In this document: positions 13,441-25,386 of the stretch, piece after piece
Layout of the letters: the number at the start of each line of letters is the position of its first letter
How positions within the stretch are numbered: the stretch's first letter is position 1
Assembly (NCBI GenBank): GCA_002269645.1
Contig: NIVC01001357.1
Span: 124,001-188,000, forward strand
DNA length: 64,000 bases
Source of the DNA: Macrostomum lignano
Taxonomy: Eukaryota
Direction: 5' to 3'
Program-made: the position numbers and the translations under genes
Notes under the pieces: generated by a model
Database searches by the model: none
What the model was told of the DNA's origin: nothing
Seen by the model: only the letters and a program-made list of their open reading frames with translations

Positions 13441-14500
13441 ATTCAAGTCAAGTAAATACTTACATAAAAGACTAGTAAAAATACAAGTATCATAACATCG
13501 CATTTATTATAGATGTATATAAAACGTTGAATAAACGAGAATAATGTAGTAAAAGAACACATAGAAGCAATGACATTGAAAATGTTCAATAGCTTTAAAT
13601 TTAAACTTAATTACTTAAATTTAAAATTTAAACAATCAGTTTACTTAATAGACTTCGGACTGAGCGTGTGAGGGAGCCCACCCGCTCTCTGATGGGGTCA
13701 AGCGATTAGCTGTGAATCTGGCAATCAGCCCTGCTTGCAAGCTGGGAGCATGTGACTTGCTGCAACAAACGGCTTGAAAGCAACTATTATAAACAATCAG
13801 ACGGCCCGAGAGACGGTCACTGGGCCAGAAGGACAAAAGTTAAACCGGTGTGACCGGAAAACTGAGATGGTACGCCAATTAACATTTGAAAGCTTTGAAG
13901 TCTTGCGTTGTTTAGTCAATTTCCGTCTCAGTAAGTCAAGTTATCAGTCAACACAAGCTCAGCTCTCAGGCTATTCTGCCTCTCGTTTCATCGATCTTAA
14001 CCGATCGTTAAATTTATTGTGACTAATAACATTGCGTAACATTTATGAAAACTGAAAATGCATCAATATCGATTGAAAAGGCCGTCTCAAGGCCTCAAAC
14101 TGAGACAGTCAACCGATGACTCAGAGACTGAAACAAACAAGACACCCCCGACCCCTTGCCCTGTACCCTCACTAGCGATGGCTTTGCGGGGAGACAGAGA
14201 GAGACAGAGAGAGAGAGAAAGAGAGTGGGGAATATAATCCCAGCTTCCCTGCACGACGTTACTCGCTTTCCCATTCGATGGAGGACGAGAGATGGCAGAT
14301 GTCTATTTTTGTGCGTCCACCAACCGCCCCTGGGAAAAAACACCCGGTGACGCTATTACGCAATCCTGGAGAGGAAGCTCAGGACTAATAGAAAAGAAGC
14401 TGGCTCTGAATAATCCATACATTATTTGAACTGAGCAGGCCGGCTCAAGCAATAGAAGGAAACCTGTTTCTATAGCTGCCGCATCTTGTTGGCTTTTGCA

Positions 14501-14512
14501 GCTGACGTCAGC
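14501..14512. promoter_or_regulatory. Palindromic CRE-like site upstream of innexin
   Basis: gctgacgtcagc, a 12-bp palindrome containing the consensus TGACGTCA, ~430 bp before the innexin ATG. Confidence 0.25.
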
Positions 14513-14944
14513 ATTTCAGGTGCAGCTGCCAGGAGTTGGTAGTCTTGGCCAACCTCCCCCCTCCCTTGTTCTACCGTTGGCCCAGTGAGGCCACCGCATT
14601 TTGGCCTCGAATCTTTGCCTTTTCTGGGTTTGCTAAATAAGAAAAAAGCTGAACAGTAGCAGCACTCGCCGAGTTTCCGTTTCGGATTTACTTTTTAAAG
14701 CAAATCAAGTCACTGAAAAGTGGTCCCTCCGTTCGTTTTGCGTGCGCAAGCCGCTCTTAATTCCATCTTCTTTTTCGGTAAGCAACTTTTCTCTGTGTTT
14801 CTTTCAACGATGTGTTGATATGCTAAGCCTGTGTAGCGAGTAACTGCTGACGAGACCTGCATTTTTGCATTATTCCTCCCTTCAACCATTTAGTAATTTA
14901 CCAGCGCGCCCGCCAAGGCCCGCTGCTAGCAGCCAGCAGTCAAG

Positions 14945-16741
14945 ATGGTTGGCTCCGACCTCATCGACATGTTCAACAAGTTCAAGGTGACAACCTACGT
15001 CGGCCTTGAAGACTTTGTTGACAAGTTGAACTTTCTATTCACCTGCTCGTTTCTAATGATCTGCTGCACTGTGGTGACGGTGAAAACGTATTTCATGTCG
15101 CCACTGTCGTGCTACATCGCCACTCCAGTCTCCGGCACTGGCAACATGGATTACGTGAACGCCTGGTGCTGGGCAGAGGGCACCTACGCCATCGACGTGC
15201 GTGACATGGACGGCTTGAACGTGCACAATCTGGACAACATCTCCCACTTGAAGATCCACTACTACCAATGGGTGCCGTTCGTACTAGGTAAAACCTAAGT
15301 GCTCTTCATAGTTGCTGCAACTGGGCTGATAGAGGGTCATTTTTATTATTCAGAAAGTCCACAGATTGAGCATGGCCCCTCTCTGCTAACTAACTGAATT
15401 TTCCAAATATTTTACATCCGCATTGTAGGACTCCAGTGCTGCCTGTTCTACATGCCTCGGGTGATCTGGCAGTTTTTCAGCCACAACTGCTCCGGTACAG
15501 ATCTGGAGTACATAGTGTCCCTTTCTAACGATGCCGTCCACGCGGAGCCAGAGAAGCGGAAGAAGCTGGTGGACTACATCAATCGGAACCTGGTGAACGT
15601 GTTTTATCAACACAGGGAGTACCGCACATCCGGACTGACTGTGCTCAAACGTCAGATGCACCGTGTCTTCAGCTTCCTAATTCCTAGCAAGCGACTGGGC
15701 ACCAAACTGGTGAACTTCTACTTGGTGGTGAAGATTTTGTACGCCGTGAACTCAGTGGGCCAGCTGTACCTCATGCACACCTTCCTGCGCATGCCTGGCA
15801 GCTATCCCTTCTTCGGCATCGACCTGTTGCGCAACCTCAGCCACGGCCAGGACTGGCAGAACACGAAGATTTTCCCGCGCATCGGCGGCTGCGGAATGAT
15901 GCTGAAAATTGCCGGCGCCACCCACTGGCAGATCGCGCAGTGCGCCCTGCCAGTCAACATGCTGAATGAGAAGCTGTACATCTTTCTGTGGTTCTGGATC
16001 TTCCTGCTGAGCATACTCAACTGCCTCAGCATCCTGCGCTGGGCAATCCGCATCACCATGGTGCCGCGCCAGTACAAATTCATCAAGAAATTCCTCCGCT
16101 TGAACGGCGTCTACAACCGCGATTCCGCCGACAGCCACGGCCTGAAGAAGGCCATCAGACAGTTCTGCAAGGCCTTCCTGCGCCAGGACGGCGTCTTCAT
16201 CCTCAAGATGATTTCTATTAACACTGGCGACGTCATCTGCTCAGACATTGTGCACCGACTGTGGGAAACCTACAAGAAGAAGTACATCGAGCGGGACTTC
16301 CGCGACGATACTGAGTACGAGCACAGTCAGGCGGCTGCGGCCGCGGCTGCCGCTGCTGCTGCGGCCGTCAGCGGGGCACCTGGCAGCGGCGGTGGCGAGG
16401 CTCCCAGCCAGGCGTTGAAGCTGCAGCCGGGCGAGATCGTCCCGGACACCATGCGGCCCATCGGCTTCACGACTGGTGGCAGTGACGACGGCAAGCGGCC
16501 GCTGCTCCACTCCGGCTCGCCAACTCCGCCGCCGCAGCCGATGCAGCCGCCGTCGGCAACTTCGTCGCCCCATAAGTCGACAATGAAGCTGAAGACTTCC
16601 AGTCAGCTGCAGCCGCCGGCTCTGCCCGACCGCTTCTATCAGCAGCAGGCGGCGCCGCCGAATCACGCGCTGTCGAATGGCGGCAAGTCGCTGCCGAGAT
16701 TCGACTCGCCGAATGTGTACACCGAGGACATGAGGAAGTGA
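14945..16741 (+). CDS. inx: Innexin (invertebrate gap-junction protein)
   Basis: Exons 14945-15287 and 15429-16741 (phase-1 GT-AG intron). Signature YYQWVP; EL1 cysteines (C...CWAEGTY); EL2 FPRIGGC...QCALPVNMLNEKLYIFLWFW; RQDGVFILKMIS; four TM segments. Confidence 0.96.
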
Positions 16742-17429
16742 TGGAGACGCCGAGAGAGAGAGGAAGTTTGCCGACCGGCATGGATAAACAGTTTCAAGGG
16801 GTGCCCACTGCGACTGTTGTTTGAAGCTGGATACTACTGAGGGTATTAATTGTTTATGCAATAAGTCATCGATAATATCGATTATTTATGTGTACAATAT
16901 CTTCGGCTAATCAGTTTTCTCAAAAATGATTTTGAATCAGAACAGAAAAATTTACCGTAGTTTTGTAAAGAAGAAGCTTCTGCATTAGAAATCTTTATTT
17001 AATTGCTGTTATTTAATCGAATTTATAAATTAAAAAAGCATTCACTTGTTATTCAGATTATGTCAAGCAAAAGTTTTTCTCAAATTTGTTTTTACAGTTT
17101 GTTTTACAATTAATGGAAGTTTTAAGTTTATACATTACATTTTATTGATTGAGACTTTCTTAGTACGAGCGTATTAAGCCGGCAATAAAATTTCCCATCA
17201 ATATTTCTTGCCTCAGTGAAATCAGTTTTTACCCGAAAGAAAAATACACTTGTTTGATCAAAAATTGTCTTGCAATGCAAATTCTTGACTTGTATTTGAA
17301 TATGCGTCAGCTGCTGTGGTTACTACTAGTAGCTAGTGGACATTTTTAATGCAAATTTAAGGTCTCAATGATGACTAATTGGGCTTTGATGATACTAATT
17401 GAGCCTAAATGGCGTTTAATAAAGGTTTG

Positions 17430-17756
17430 ATAGCACTTTATTGAGCCTCCAAAAGCGCATAATTGAGCGCCTAATTTAATCTTGATAGCACCTAATTGAG
17501 CCTTGATAGCGCCTAATTTAATCTTGATAGCGCTTAATTGAGCCTTGATAGCACCTAATCGAGCTTTGATAGCGCCTAATTGAGCCTCGATAGCGCCTAA
17601 TTGAGCCTCGATAGCGCCTAATTGAGCCTCGATAGCGCCTAATTGAGCCTCGATAGCGCCTAATTGAGCCTCGATAGCGCCTAATTGAGCCTCGATAGCG
17701 CCTAATTGAGCCCTGATAGCGCCTAATTGAGCCCTGATAGCGCCTAATTGAGCCTC
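17430..17756. repeat. Minisatellite, 21-bp unit (left array)
   Basis: cgcctaattgagcctcgatag tandem copies. Confidence 0.95.
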
Positions 17757-18297
17757 TAAAGTGCCAAAAGCAGTTCCGGTACGCTCGTATGCAATCAACC
17801 ACGTGATGAGCAGGCAATCAGAAATCTCTGCAGTAAACAGCAGCAGACACAACCTGGAGTGACAGGGCAGCAGGTTCAGTTCGAGCACAACTGCCATACG
17901 AATCCACTCTGCGTATCGGAATCGAAAGACGAAATCAATACGAGATACGCTGGTCAGCAAAGGCAGAGGATTAGCGAAGACGGGATTAAAGTATTACATA
18001 AGCCCTGTCGGTGCATAGCTACTATGCGAATATCGCTGACAGCTGGCGTGTGGCTGCTGTCGAATAGCTCGGAACCAACCCCCTCCCCACATGCGATGAC
18101 GTCTGTCTGCTCCGCATCCGCGCTTAGAGTGCTTTTATCAGTTCGAATCTCAGCCTTTCGTCTCAGCCTCATGAAAAATATTCATATTGGGATTCCATTT
18201 TGATAGCTAAATTTCCAACCACACCCGTGCAAGAACGACAGCTTCATCTTCAAAATGAATACTTATACACGAGCGTAATTTAGTCTTGTGGCATTTA

Positions 18298-18431
18298 ATC
18301 GAGCCCTGATAGCGCCTAATTGAGCCTCGATAGCGCCTAATTGAGCCTCGATAGCGCCTAATTGAGCCTCGATAGCGCCTAATTGAGCCTCGATAGCGCC
18401 TAATTGAGCCTCGATAGCGCCTAATTGAGCC
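18298..18431. repeat. Minisatellite, same 21-bp unit (right array)
   Basis: Same unit and orientation as 17430-17756. Confidence 0.95.
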
Positions 18432-19130
18432 TAACTCACCCTGCCCTCTTCTCACCCTTCCCTCTTCTCACCCTTCCCTCTTCTCACCCTTCACTCTTCT
18501 CCCCTTCCCTCTTCTCCCCCTTCCCTCTTTACACCCTGCCCTCTTCTCCCCTTCCCTCTTCTCACCCTTCACTCTTCTCACCTTTCCCTCTTCTCACCCT
18601 TCACTCTTCTCCCCTTCCCTCTTCTCCCCCTTCCCTCTTTTCACCCTGCCCTCCTCTCCCCTTCCCTCTTCTCACCCTTCCCTCTTCTCACCCTGCCATC
18701 TTCTCCCCTTCTCTCTTCTCACCCTTCCCTCTTCTCACCCTGCCCTCTTCTCACCCTTCCCTCTTCTCACCCTGCCCTCTTCTCACCCCCTGCCCTCTTC
18801 TCACCCTTCCCTCTTCTAACCCTTCCCTCTTCTCACCCTTCCCTCTTCTCACCCTTCCCTCTTCTCACCCTGCCCTCTTCTCACCCCCTGCCCTCTTCTC
18901 ACCCTTCCCTCTTCTAACCCTGCCCTCTTCTCACCCTTCCCTCTTCTCACCCTTCCCTCTTCCCACCCTTTCCTCTTCTCACCCTTCCCTCTTCTCACCC
19001 CGCCCTCTTCTCACCCTTCCCTCTTCTCATCCTTCCCTCTTCTCACCCTTCCCTCTTCTCACCCTGCCCTCTTCTCACCCTGCCCTCTTCTCAGCCCGCC
19101 CTCTTCTCACCCTGCCCTCTTCTCCCCTCC
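18432..19130. repeat. CT-rich low-complexity tandem repeat
   Basis: ctcttctcacccttcc-type units. Confidence 0.95.
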
Positions 19131-19419
19131 CCCGGGTACAGCACCGATTTGGTGACTCGCTCGTCAACGCTCTTGAAAGTGGGACTCAGCTGTTAGAGCA
19201 AGCCTGCTGGACTGTCTGAAGTGCATAAATGCAAAATGCAGCTACAACAGGTAATTTGATTCTAATACGAGTATGACTTGATTCTCTGACAAGGACATGC
19301 CATGAGTATACGACAAGTATATCTTTACGTTCGGTCCTCAATAAGCCTCAAATTCTTACGAGTATTTTTAATAAGTATGGTTGAATAAGCGCGCATAACT
19401 TAAGCGCCACTTAATTCGT

Positions 19420-19670
19420 GTCTGAATGAAATAAGCGAGCGGTTTTATTTGTGTCTCAATGAAATAAGCGAGCGGTTTGATTTGTGTCTCAATGACATAA
19501 GCGAGCGGTTTGATTTGTGTCTCAATGAAATAAGCGAGCGGGTTGATTTGTGTCTCAATGAAATAAGCGAGCGGGTTGATTTGTGTCTCAATGAAATAAG
19601 CGCCCAGTTTGATTTGTGTCTCAATGAAATAAGCGCCCAGTTTGATTTGTGTCTCAATGAAATAAGTGGC
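19420..19670. repeat. Minisatellite, 33-bp unit
   Basis: gtgtctcaatgaaataagcgagcggtttgattt at 19451, 19484 and onward. Confidence 0.9.
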
Positions 19671-20504
19671 GTTATGTGAGTAAAATGTCTTATCTGCATT
19701 GGTTCTGGCACGGCGCGCTTATGCCAGTGCTCACTTAATCAATCATCCCCGTAAGCAGATCTCAAGTCTCAAGCGTTCGCCATATTTGTCATTACCCGGC
19801 TTTGTTTAGATTGAAGTTAAAAGCAGAAAATTTCCATCTGATTAAATCACAGTGCTAGGCAAGCTAAGATGAAGAATGCTTCTGCTCAGGCTGCTACTTC
19901 CGACCGTGCGCGAAGCCATGCGGCTTCCTTTTCAGATTAAGCCCGCCCCATCCCTCCCCTCTTCCCGACTCGGCCCCATCCCTCATCCTCATTACGCCCC
20001 CTCCTATTCGAGTCTCGCAGGAGCACTAAAACTGACTCTAAAAATAGATTCTCGCCTATTCAGCCCCGGCGTCAGCTGAAACATCTGCGGATAGCAGAAA
20101 AAGAACGAAGCCATATAGAATTCGGGATCGCTTCTTTTGTTCGATTTTCTTCCCATCGGCAAGCGGCCTACCCGCGGGGAGCAAACTAGCGAAAACGTTA
20201 CTATGCCATGGCGGAGCCAAGCAAGCGATAGACATTGCGATGAAGCATGGACGACTGTATTTAAGCACCTAGGAGAATCTAGGAGTCCTTGGATGAAGCT
20301 AAAACCTTTGAAAATATCTACCCCTAACGTCTGCTTCAAGCTAGGAGTGCCAGTCTCCGTTTTAGAACTATGAAACTGTGCGGGATTTATGCTAACAGTA
20401 TTCTGAATAACATCAGTAAAATACCGAAATTCTTAGACAGAACTAAGACGAATCCTGTGCTGGAATTCCTTTCTCTCTTTCTTTCCCTTCTCTCCCCTAA
20501 CTCT

Positions 20505-20506
20505 CT

Positions 20507-20556
<50 letters not shown>

Positions 20557-21390
20557 CTTCTCTCCTTGTCTCTCCACTCTCCTCTCTCCTCCCCTCTACT
20601 TCTCTCCTCCTCTCTCCTTCTCTCTCCCTCTCTCTCCTATCTCCTCCTCTCTCCCTCTCTCCTATCTCATCCTCTCTCCCTCTCTCCTATCTCCTCCTCT
20701 CTCCCTCTCTCCTATCTCCTCCTCTCTCTCTCTCTCCTATCTCCTCCTCTCTCCCTCTCTCCTATCTCCTCCTCTCTCCCTCTCTCCTATCTCCTCCTCT
20801 CTCCCTCTCTCCTATCTCCTCCTCTCTCCCTCTCTCCTATCTCCTCCTCTCTCCCTCTCTCCTATCTCCTCCTCTCTCCCTCTCTCCTATCTCCTCCTCT
20901 CTCCCTCTCTCCTATCTCCTCCTCTCTCCCTCTCTCCTATCTCCTCCTCTCTCCCTCTCTCCTATCTCCTCCTCTCTCCCTCTCTCCTATTTCCTCCTCT
21001 CTCCCTCTCTCCTATCTCCTCCTCTCTCCTTCTCTCCTATTTCCTCCTCTCTCCCTCTCTCCTATCTCCTCCTCTCTCCTTCTCTCCTATCTCCTCCTCT
21101 CTCCCTCTCTCCTATCTCCTCCTCTCTCCTTCTCTCCTATCTCCTCCTCTCTCCCTCTCTCCTATCTCCTCTTCTCTCCCTCTCTCCTATCTCCTCCTCT
21201 CTCCCTCTCTCCTATCTCCTCCTCTCTCCTTCTCTCCTATCTCCTCCTCTCTCCCTCTCTCCTATCTCCTCCTCTCTCCCTCTCTCCTATCTCCTCCTCT
21301 CTCCCTCTCTCCTATCTCCTCTTCTCTCCCTCTCTCCTATCTCCTCCTCTCTCCCTCTCTCCTATCTCCTCCTCTCTCCTTCTCTCTCTC
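20505..21390. repeat. (CT)n plus CT-rich tandem repeat
   Basis: ctctctcctatctcctcctctctcc units. Confidence 0.95.
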
Positions 21391-22316
21391 CCCCTTGTCT
21401 ATTATGTTTTAATAAATTTGTTAACTTATGAAGTATTTAGTTGAGAGTTCGAAGCGGTATGAATCATCTGTTGGTCTCCAACTGCACAACGAGTTACTCT
21501 GCTCATCCTTTGCCTCTTTGACATCTCTTTCTCACCGACATGCCCTCCAGAATCGAGGACGGGAAACGGGAACTATCCGCCTTCTTTTCAAAAAATCCCC
21601 GGTAGCGAGCTGAATCAGCTTTCGAACCCCGCCCCTTACCCCCCCCCCCCCCCGGTCTGATAATCCCCTCCCCCGTAGCGTCTCGTCTCTGTAGCAGCCA
21701 GCATGAAGCAGCGACAGTCGAGAGAGAAATTGAGAGGCAATTCCCTAAAAATAGGATATAAATGTACAAATGGAGGCATAACAAGTGTGCAAAAAAATAC
21801 AATCAGACATTAATAATAGAAGCCGATTAATTATTATTTAACATATTGTATTTGCAACTTTGAGTGTGTAAAAATTGGTCAGGCCAAAGAAAAATACTTC
21901 AGAGAAGGGAGTGCCGACTATTGGCTCAGCTTCAAGGCTTCATCGCCTGCAACGAGGCGCAGGACATCCCTATTTTTAATGGGAAGGGCTGATTTATGAC
22001 TTGATATGGGAACAGGTCGCGTGAGGACAGATTTGAGTAGCGAGCGAGTCAGGGAGAGAGAGAGAGAAGCAGTAATGACCTTGGAACATTCGTCAGAGAA
22101 AAATGCGGAAAGCAAATGACAATGACGAGGCAAGCGGCTGATGGCTGTCGCCCACTGAGACGGCAACAGAGCGCACAAAGCACTATTTTTAGTATGTAAT
22201 TCTGATGAGCCGACAGATAGAATCAACAGTAACAAAGTGATCCGCCATTAGCAACACACAGCCTAAAATGCAGCTTTGTTTTGTGAGGCAAGGGGCGGTC
22301 ATTGGCATTTAGTTAC

Positions 22317-23684
22317 CGCCGCGACCTGAATTATCTGCACAGCGGCTGCTGGACGCAATAGCGGAAGCCTCGCATCTCATCTGGTGCTCCCAGAGGCTGC
22401 GCAGAATGTCTGAAAAAAACAAATGCCACATCGAAATATTATGGAGAATATCTTCAGCTGAAATTAAGCTCGTAGAGCACTTATTCTGCAGGCATTTACT
22501 CTAGAGGGGGTTGTAGCCTAAGTGGTTTGAGCGTCGGACTCACGACTTGAAGGTCGGGGGCTCGATTCCCAACCCACCTCGGAAAAATCTGTGTCCTTGA
22601 GCAAGATACTTAACTCTGCATTGCTTCAGTTCACCCAGCTGTAAAATGGGTGCCAGCATTAGCTGGGGTAATTGAAGGTGTGTGTGGCGACCCCCAGTCC
22701 TTGGACTGAACAGCCGTACGCAGCCTTCAGATGCGCCGCGCAATAGCTGCGGCTGAGCTGTCGGTTGCACATCTGACCCAATTGGGGCAGGTGTAATCAA
22801 TTATTATTATTATTATCTACAGGCTTGGTGCAGGCACGCATTCATACACACGCGCACACAGGGTGTACAGCGGCCTACACATGTACACCTGTGCTTTGGG
22901 GGTTGGCCCTCATGGCTGTGAATCGCACGACAACTTTCCGCCAATGTACACAAGGCCCAAATGAATTTGGCCGCGCATGCAATCGAACCAAGGGGTCGCC
23001 GGTCGTCGTGGCGCGAGAGTCAGATACCATTTTATCACTGACCCCAGCGTGGTGTTGCATCAAAGTTCCCTGGGTTCGATTCTCTGGCGAAGTTACAATT
23101 CAGAGTCAGGCCTGAGTTACTCTGAACAGTCAGGAGTCATTATATTTCACTGGCTCACAATGAGTCGGTTCAGCAGTAAACATATCCTTGTACGCAAGGT
23201 GTCTTCAAGAGGTCGCATAAACGGATATTTTTAACTTCCTATCTCGCCCGATCCTGTGGCCCAACGCACGCTATATTATAACAACAGTGCGGATCTAACC
23301 TATCGGGAAACTTAGTATTGTAACTAACCAAATTAGCTAGTTTTTTTAAACCAAGTTGCATGACAAGGTTGCGCAACATTTTTTATAAATGATCTCACCG
23401 GAAGAGCCGGCCAGGTGCTGCCGCATCAGCTCCTCGGGATCCGTTGCCGACTCCTCTGTGTCCATCGCTGGCGACGCCGACTGTCTCTTGTCGTTGTCGT
23501 CGTCGCAGTCGTTGTTGGCGACGGCAGCGTCTGGAAATTCGAACTGACGACCAAGTTCCACTGGAGACGGGCTGTCCAGGAATCTCCTGTTGGATTTGTT
23601 GTAGATCCGGTAGGTCGTGGCGTGCTGACGCGGTTCAGAATCGCCGCTGACAGACAGGCAGGACTCGGCCTCCTCATCTACCAT
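22317..23684 (-). CDS. Unidentified spliced gene, first two coding exons (downstream exons not resolved)
   Basis: ATG in ccaccATGg context at 23684. Exon 1 ends at 23399 (gtgag donor, phase 1). Exon 2 22409-22317 (ttttttcag acceptor, gtaac donor, 93 bp) stays open: ...PEELMRQHLAGSS|DILRSLWEHQMRCEAS... Confidence 0.55.
22498..22815 (+). mobile_element. tRNA-derived SINE with CORE (MIR-like) central domain, copy 1
   Basis: A box tagcctaagtgg; B-box-like gggctcgattccc; central gtgtccttgagcaagatacttaac...cagttcacccagctgtaaaatggg matching the MIR CORE pattern; (ATT)n tail. A homologous copy lies at 32227-32548 (-). Confidence 0.85.
22965..23095. other. Two degenerate tRNA-like/B-box fragments in opposite orientations
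   Basis: ggttcgatt on the minus strand (~22981-22989) and on the plus strand (ccctgggttcgattc ~23068-23082). No full cloverleaf. Confidence 0.3.
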
Positions 23685-24376
23685 GGTGGACAAAGCGCCT
23701 GGTCGGAGTGGGTGCAGGCACTCTTTAGATAAATTAATAAAGTCCCGTATGGTTTTGGGGATTGTCGGCTCGAATAGGGATTATCAAACACAAAGGGACA
23801 GGAAATAGGATATTAGATCCCCGCGTTTTGACTAATCCCCAACACGGGATTAATTAGGAAACAGCCTTCGAGTAGCGCGTTAGTTTCTGCCCACGATCAT
23901 AAATTTAGCACTTGAGTCTTTGCTTTGAACAGATCAGAATCGCACGCACTTACTAATTAAGCATCCAAAAACGTTTCTTGCCGGCTTTCGATGGGACGAT
24001 TTTTCTTGCTGTTGAGGTGCTTTGGCTGGCAACCTGCAGTGAGGCAGTTAGGAGTGCTTTCGATTGTAATCAAATTAGGCATAAAATATAGTATAAACAA
24101 CCCACACTTGGTCAATGCACACTTAAAAGTCATGAAAGCTACTCGTATTCGAGCGTAGAAGGCACGACTGAATTAACAGGGTAAATCATTTGTAACAACT
24201 TCTAATTAACTAGATTGTTGAATTGAATAATAACTATCTAAAGATTGTTCTTGCACCCAGAACAAACATAATAAAGAACTAAAAAAAGAAAAAAAACTCA
24301 TACAAGAAGTAACACGAATCAAAAAACAATTACAGTAAAGAAAGAAAAAATAAGATAAAATTTATTGGTCTCAACT

Positions 24377-24520
24377 CAGGGACGGGTACTTCAGGACGGG
24401 TAATTCAGGGACGGGTGCTTCAGGGACGGGGTACTTCAGGGACGGGTACTTCAGGGACGGGGTACTTCAGGGACAGGTACTTCAGGGACGGGGCCCTCAG
24501 GGACGGGACTTCAGGGACGG
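24377..24520. repeat. Minisatellite, 14-15-bp unit
   Basis: tcagggacgg(g)gtact copies. Confidence 0.9.
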
Positions 24521-25386
24521 ACAAGAACACTGGAAATAAAAGCACCATTTACAAACCTTTGCGACTGCTCTTTCTCTGCTACTTTAGAATTTTCATTTCG
24601 TTGCACAACTTCAACGATGATTTCTTTGGAACGATCGGACAAAAAATGTACCTTTATGATCTTCGTTTTTCCTGGTACAGTCACCTCTGACTTCTCAACC
24701 ATGTGACGTTAATTCGGCAGTTTCGTAGCAGAGCAAAGATGCAGAGAGTAAATGAACAAGAAAACCACTGTTTAAAAAACTGAGAAAGTAATATTAGTCC
24801 TCTTCGCTCTACATAGTAGTAGGTAATCGGTAAACTGTTATTAATCGAAAACACGAATTTTGAACTGTATTTGCTAGTAGAATGCGAATCACTCTGGCCA
24901 AGAAAATTTCTGTCCGCTTATTTGAAGCTAGTACAGTCTAGGATAAAAATATCCAGTATTGGAGGAAGTAGCGAATGATCTATAATAACTATTAAGACCT
25001 CGTGTTACCGATTCTATCGCTTTTTGAACAGTCGCGTAGATTTATATTTGCGATTAAATATCAGTAAAACAAAACGTTTTAAACTTACTAAGACAGAAAA
25101 ATATATATTAAAAACATGACCAACTAGCTAAGCTTCACTGTTAGTTTTTTTTTTTTTTTTTTAAGCATAAGTTTAGGCATCAAAAAGAATAACTCCGCAA
25201 ATGCTAATTTAAGTTTACGCGAAATCAATCCCAATCGAACTTCCGACCACTGTCGTTCGTTTCCAATTACGTGCATGTTGTCTGTCAAGAAAATTTGCCA
25301 ATAATTTACGGAAACAAAGTAACTTTTCTCTGTTCGCTAGGCACACTCGTTATCATATCCTCGTCAGATTCCATCTATAATCTACA

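Noticed and set aside
17346-17960. Heptad-like ORF (IEAQLGA)n suggesting a coiled-coil protein
   Set aside because: It arises automatically from the 21-bp satellite, and the flanking translation is not protein-like.
1252-19670. Shared gtctcaatgaa seed between the 25-bp (1252) and 33-bp (19420) minisatellites
   Set aside because: An 11-bp match only, with the rest of the units unrelated. Chance cannot be excluded.
21503-22235. ORFs 21503-21802 and 21918-22235 as further exons of the unknown minus-strand gene
   Set aside because: Phase or acceptor quality is poor and the translations are not protein-like.
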